DNA from: Arcobacteraceae bacterium
GTDB taxonomy: Bacteria; Campylobacterota; Campylobacteria; Campylobacterales; Arcobacteraceae
Assembly (NCBI GenBank): GCA_963662945.1
Contig: OY759974.1
Coordinates: 256,001-320,000 of the forward strand
Length of the DNA: 64,000 nt
Direction: 5' to 3'
Shown: in pieces, positions 59,125-64,000 of the stretch
Position numbering within the stretch: the first letter of the stretch is position 1
How the letters are laid out: each line of letters opens with the position of its first letter
Notes under the pieces: generated by a model
The model's database searches: none
What the model was told of the DNA's origin: nothing
Seen by the model: the letters and a program-made list of their open reading frames with translations, nothing else
Position numbers and translations under genes: made by a program

Positions 59125-59685
59125 TTAAAAAAGATGATCCATCTTTTCTTTTTTTGTTTTTAAATAATTCTCATTTTGTGCAGTTACGCCAACTTGCACA
59201 GGGACTCTATCTACTATTTCCAATTTAATACCATTGAGTTTTGCTGGATTATTTGTCATAAGTTTTATTTTATCTATTTTATAATAATCAAAAATAAAAT
59301 CAACCACTTCATAAGTTCTTTGATCTGATGCAAAACCTAATTGATGGTTTGCTTCAACTGTGTCAAATCCTTTATCTTGTAAAGCATAAGCATTTACTTT
59401 ATTTAGTAATCCTATATTTCGCCCCTCTTGACGTAAATAAATAACCATTCCACCATTTGCAGAAATATAGTCTAATGCATAATTTAATTGTGCCTGACAA
59501 TCACACTTTATACTTCCTATGGCATCACCAGTAAGACACTCACTATGTATCCTTACAGTTGGGATAGATTCTAGTTCTTTTGTAAATATTACAAGATGCT
59601 CTTTAATACCTTCTTTAAAAGATTGTATTAAAAAATCTCCATGTTTTGTGGGTAACTTCGCAACATTTGAAACTTCTATGTTCAT
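59125..59685 (-). CDS. ribA: GTP cyclohydrolase II
   Basis: RIHSECLTGD, CDC, QEGRNIGL and TNNP. Confidence 0.96.
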   Translation of the reverse strand: MNIEVSNVAKLPTKHGDFLIQSFKEGIKEHLVIFTKELESIPTVRIHSECLTGDAIGSIKCDCQAQLNYALDYISANGGMVIYLRQEGRNIGLLNKVNAYALQDKGFDTVEANHQLGFASDQRTYEVVDFIFDYYKIDKIKLMTNNPAKLNGIKLEIVDRVPVQVGVTAQNENYLKTKKEKMDHLF

Positions 59686-59744
59686 AAAATTTTAATTCCT
59701 ATTTAGTTATGATATCGGGATTATAACTAAAAAGGTTTACAGAT

Positions 59745-60719
59745 ATGTTTAAAAGATTTAGAAGATTGAGAATTAATGAGAATTTAAGAAATTTAGTAAA
59801 AGAAACTACACTTACAAGTGATGATTTTATCTACCCTCTTTTTGTACGAGAAGGTCAAGGTATCAAAGATGAAGTTTCATCTATGCCTGGTGTATTTCAA
59901 ATGTCAATTGATGAGATTTTAAAAGAGTGTGGATATATTAGAACATTAGGACTAAAAAGTATTATACTTTTTGCAATACCTGATGTAAAAGACAGCGTTG
60001 GTAGTGAATGTCTATGTGAAAATAGTATCATAAGTAGAACAATCAAAGCTATCAAAAAAGAATATCCTGATATGTTTGTTGTTACTGATTTATGTTTCTG
60101 TGAATATACAGATCACGGACACTGTGGAATACTCAATGAAGATTCAACAGTAGATAATGATGCAACATTAGAACTTTCAGCACAGCAAGCACTTGTACAC
60201 GCTAAAGCTGGAGTTGATATGATAGCTCCAAGTGGTATGATGGATGGTATTATTGAAACATTACGAAAAGCTTTAGATGAAAATGGATTTGAAAATCTTC
60301 CTATCATGGCATACAGTACAAAGTTTGCAAGTGGATATTATGGACCATTTAGAGATGTAGCAGAATCAGCACCATCTCATGGAGATAGAAAAATGTACCA
60401 AATGGATCCAGCTAACAGACTTGAAGCACTAGAAGAATCTCTTGAAGATGAAAAACAAGGTGCAGATATTCTTATGGTAAAACCTGCTCTTGCGTACCTT
60501 GATATTATTCGAGATATAAGAAATAATTCAAACTTACCATTAGCAGTTTATAATGTAAGTGGAGAATATGCTATGCTTAAAAATGCAGGTGCTGCTGGAC
60601 TTATTGACTATGAAAGAGTTATGGTAGAAACTTTAATAGGATTTAAACGAGCTGGTGCAGATATAATTATCAGTTACCATGCAAAAGAATATTGTGAGTT
60701 AATTCAAAAAAATAAATAA
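59745..60719 (+). CDS. hemB: Porphobilinogen synthase
   Basis: [21 protein letters not shown] and YNVSGEY. Confidence 0.97.
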   Translation: MFKRFRRLRINENLRNLVKETTLTSDDFIYPLFVREGQGIKDEVSSMPGVFQMSIDEILKECGYIRTLGLKSIILFAIPDVKDSVGSECLCENSIISRTIKAIKKEYPDMFVVTDLCFCEYTDHGHCGILNEDSTVDNDATLELSAQQALVHAKAGVDMIAPSGMMDGIIETLRKALDENGFENLPIMAYSTKFASGYYGPFRDVAESAPSHGDRKMYQMDPANRLEALEESLEDEKQGADILMVKPALAYLDIIRDIRNNSNLPLAVYNVSGEYAMLKNAGAAGLIDYERVMVETLIGFKRAGADIIISYHAKEYCELIQKNK

Positions 60720-60826
60720 TATGGAAACTTTTCAAAATGAACTTTTCTCATTTTCTATTATCACAGCTGTAGTACTACTTTTAGCACTACTTACTGTGAA
60801 ACTAGAAAAAAAGTATAAATAACTTC

Positions 60827-61591
60827 CTATTTTAAAAAAGCTTTTTTAAAAAATGGGGAAACTTCTGATGGATTCCAAGAGAGTATTAAAGAATTTTGTT
60901 TTAAATTTCCATAGTTTTTCAAATGACCAATTATCGCATCTCCTCCAAACTTAGAATATAACTTATAGTGTTCTTCTTTAATACCTAAGAAAGTCATATC
61001 AATTTCATTATTGATAAAAATCATATGAATTGCTGCCATAATATTTTTAAACTCTAAACTTAAACCTTGAGTTTCTTTATATACAATAAGTCTTGAAAGC
61101 TCTCCAATTATATTATATTTTTGTCTTTGTTCATCAAAAGAAAACTTATCTTCAGATGGTAATTTATTTGGAGAATCAAATATTAATCGTGTTGTTCCTG
61201 TAACTTTTTTCTCAGTTTTATATAATATTATGGCTGCATTTGTATCATATAGATCAAAATTTAATCCACAAATTGTATCTGGAAACTCTTTTTGATAATT
61301 TAAACTGCTATAAACATCACTTCTAAGTTTAAATACTTCAATAATATTTTCTGCTGTTGTTGCTAATTGAAGACTTTTATTTTCATTTGGAAATACTAAA
61401 TTTTTATTAAAACTAATAGTTTCATCTATAGTTTTTTCTAAAAATATTCTTTTTTTAAATAACTCTAATGCCTCTTTTTGTTGATTATTAAAACTCTCTG
61501 GCATATAACTTAGTGTTTTAGAGATATTATTTTCTACAAGTTTTTGTAAAACCTCCAGTGAATTATTTTTGTTTATGTTTACTTTAAACAT
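60827..61591 (-). CDS. FeeM-like N-acyl amino acid synthase (GNAT/LuxI-like fold)
   Basis: 'FKLRSDVY', 'D.YD', 'GTTRL..DS..KLP', 'ELSRL' and 'HYKLY.KFG'. Confidence 0.65.
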   Translation of the reverse strand: MFKVNINKNNSLEVLQKLVENNISKTLSYMPESFNNQQKEALELFKKRIFLEKTIDETISFNKNLVFPNENKSLQLATTAENIIEVFKLRSDVYSSLNYQKEFPDTICGLNFDLYDTNAAIILYKTEKKVTGTTRLIFDSPNKLPSEDKFSFDEQRQKYNIIGELSRLIVYKETQGLSLEFKNIMAAIHMIFINNEIDMTFLGIKEEHYKLYSKFGGDAIIGHLKNYGNLKQNSLILSWNPSEVSPFFKKAFLK

Positions 61592-61783
61592 GATTTATCC
61601 TTTGTGTTAATTTGGATAATCATTGTACTAAAGGGTTTAGTTTAAAATGTCACATATTTTAAGATTATTTTAAGAAAATAGGAATTTTAATATATTGATA
61701 TTAAAAGGATTATAGGGATAAATGAAAAATTTAAAGAGAAAAATGAAAAATGAAAAGTCACATATTTAAATAAAATATATAAC

Positions 61784-62473
61784 TTATTTTAAAGATGATA
61801 ATTGATATCCATTAGAATAAGCAACTTGTATGATATTACATCCAAGTTTTGATTTTAATCTATATACAAGAGTTCGAAGAGAACTATTAGATGGTGCATT
61901 ATCTGCCCATAACCTATGTTCTAATTTTTCACTTGAAACTACCGTACCATTGGCTTCTGTCAAAATACCTAATAATTGTCGCTCTTTGAGTCCAAGTTTA
62001 ATATGTTTGCTTTTATAATACAATTTACTATTTTTTAAATCAAAGTAATAACCAAAACCAATATAAATATGATCTTGATTTATGGTTTCATATTCTAATT
62101 TGTTAATCTTATAAAGAGCAAGCATAATAGTTGTTTTTAGTTCTTCTCTTTTAAAAGGTTTTACAAGATATCCAACAGGATCTGTAGCAAAAGCTTTCTC
62201 CATAGTATCGTCATCAGAAAATGAAGTAAGATAGAGTATAGGGATATTATATCTTACTTTTATTTCATTGGCTAATTCTATTCCATTTCTACTTTTACCA
62301 AGGTCTATATCCATCATTGTTATATCTGGTTTGTTTTGTGCAATACTAATTAAAGCGTCATTATATGAGGAAACTGTATTGGTAACTTCAAAATCTAATT
62401 TCTTTAGTGCACTTTTTAAATCAGCTGCAGTTATTGGGTTATCTTCTACAATAAGAACTTTAGCTTTAATCAT
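61784..62473 (-). CDS. Response regulator (REC + winged HTH)
   Basis: IVED, MDIDL, YLTS, KPF and an OmpR-like C-terminus. Confidence 0.92.
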   Translation of the reverse strand: MIKAKVLIVEDNPITAADLKSALKKLDFEVTNTVSSYNDALISIAQNKPDITMMDIDLGKSRNGIELANEIKVRYNIPILYLTSFSDDDTMEKAFATDPVGYLVKPFKREELKTTIMLALYKINKLEYETINQDHIYIGFGYYFDLKNSKLYYKSKHIKLGLKERQLLGILTEANGTVVSSEKLEHRLWADNAPSNSSLRTLVYRLKSKLGCNIIQVAYSNGYQLSSLK

Positions 62474-64000
62474 TTTCTCTCCATATTATTGTATTTTTTA
62501 CTCCATCTTTTATTGTTATAAGAATCTCTCCTCTAAGATGATCTTGTACAAGAGTTTTTACAAGTATAAGACCAAAAGAATGTTTTACAGTATTTGGATC
62601 GTAACCTTTCCCATTATCTTCTATACTAAGATAAAAAGTATTTTGAACTTTATGAAGTTTTACTATAATTTTTCCAATATCTTCTTCAAATGCATATTTA
62701 AATGAATTTGTTATCAATTCATTTAATATTAAACCACATGAGATAGCCGTTTCAACCTCTAACTTTACATCTATATCATAAAGAATATCAATCTCATTTT
62801 CGAAACTATCTTGCAACCCCATAATCAAATTATCAAAATATTCATGAGCATTAATATGAGAAATATCATGTTGCTTATAAAGTAATTCATGTAAATGACT
62901 CATAGCATTTATTCTATTTTGAATAGTTGTAAAAGTATTTTGCATCTCTTCATCACTTACTTCATCTGCTTGAAGTCGTATTAGAGATATGATAGTTTGC
63001 ATATTGTTTTTTACACGATGATTTAACTCTTTTAATAGAGTTGTTTGTTGATTTAATGATTCTTGTAGTTTTTTTGTTTTTTCTTTTACTTCAATACTCA
63101 ATCTTTCATTTTCTGTTTCTTGTTGAATTATGAGTTTTTTATCTGCAATATTTTTCTCATATTGTAGATTATTGATTTTATCTGCTAATGCTATAGAAAA
63201 AAGTAATGCTTCAGAGATAAATGTTAATTCAACAATATATGGAAAATATTGATAAATATTAAGTATACCTGTACTTGATAAATACATAGTAATACCACCA
63301 ATAAAAACAATTAACCAACCACCTAATATAAAATAAGCTTGTCTATTTTTTTTAAATGAAGCATATATAACTAACATAATTAAATATATTAGTAATACTA
63401 TAGATAATAAATTTCTATATTTATGTCCATGCTCAAGTATCATAAATAATAAAACAGTTATAGGTATCAAAAAGATGAGTATATTTAAGATTTTATTCCA
63501 AATTGGATATTGTATAGTTTTAATAAAAGTTTTTGAAAAAAGTGCTAAAAAGAAGACTGGTAATGCTATAAATATAGCAGCATATTGTACAGAATAAATT
63601 AACCATTCATTTTTAATTAAATAAATATGTGCCATACCTGTATACATCAAATGATGTATACTTATACCAACAAGATATAATACATAATAAAGATAACTTA
63701 TATCTTTCGTAAAAAAGTATATAAATATATTGTAAAAGGCTAAGATAAACATCGCTCCAAAAAATAGTTGTAATATAGACTGATGTTTTAACTCTTTATT
63801 ATAAAACTCCTGTATATCCCAAAGGTTTAATTGAACAATGAGGGTTGTAATATATGAAGATGCCTTTATATAATAAATTTTAGTTTCATTTGGTTCCAGT
63901 AAAATCTCAAAATATGGATTGAGTGTTTTTCTACTCTTATTTATTTGAAGAAGACCATCTTTATAGGCACTTTTTGTTGAGATTTCAAAAAAATTAATAT
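62466..64000 (-). CDS. 7TM-DISM sensor histidine kinase (HisKA_2), 5' end beyond window
   Basis: Seven TMs, ELNHRVKNN, NSFKYAF and DNGKG; frame stays open to the window edge. Confidence 0.9.
   Translation of the reverse strand, partial: INFFEISTKSAYKDGLLQINKSRKTLNPYFEILLEPNETKIYYIKASSYITTLIVQLNLWDIQEFYNKELKHQSILQLFFGAMFILAFYNIFIYFFTKDISYLYYVLYLVGISIHHLMYTGMAHIYLIKNEWLIYSVQYAAIFIALPVFFLALFSKTFIKTIQYPIWNKILNILIFLIPITVLLFMILEHGHKYRNLLSIVLLIYLIMLVIYASFKKNRQAYFILGGWLIVFIGGITMYLSSTGILNIYQYFPYIVELTFISEALLFSIALADKINNLQYEKNIADKKLIIQQETENERLSIEVKEKTKKLQESLNQQTTLLKELNHRVKNNMQTIISLIRLQADEVSDEEMQNTFTTIQNRINAMSHLHELLYKQHDISHINAHEYFDNLIMGLQDSFENEIDILYDIDVKLEVETAISCGLILNELITNSFKYAFEEDIGKIIVKLHKVQNTFYLSIEDNGKGYDPNTVKHSFGLILVKTLVQDHLRGEILITIKDGVKNTIIWREND

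Overview
Very AT-rich Campylobacterota chromosome, probably Arcobacteraceae-like (inferred from bamD-lon-rhomboid and glyS-rsmG-ribA-hemB genes). Housekeeping flanks at 1-6046 and 50460-64000 enclose a ~44.5 kb integrative element (5949-50459) inserted inside a rhomboid protease gene. The 16-bp att core TAATATCTTTTGCACC lies at both ends, and the element supplies a recoded replacement 3' end that includes the catalytic His. It encodes a tyrosine integrase, an Xis-like protein, a Rep_3 replicon with iterons and a 3.4 x 288-bp tandem array, a MOBF relaxase-helicase, a coupling protein and an RHH protein. No mating-pair (VirB4-type) genes are visible, so it looks integrative and mobilizable. Cargo includes ArdA, an ArdC N-domain protein, a type I R-M system, an MjaI-like nuclease, an orphan MTase, an HD-GYP protein, pentapeptide repeat proteins and a family of secreted paralogs. 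The most unusual signals are non-coding. By eye the element contains no CG and no CTAG but is rich in TGATCA. Its genes sit in reused cassettes (TATAAC + 5' hairpin + RBS, with shared terminators). Two ~290-nt covarying hairpins precede the anti-restriction genes, and a structured module with compensatory changes occurs six times. All counts are by eye and need computational confirmation.
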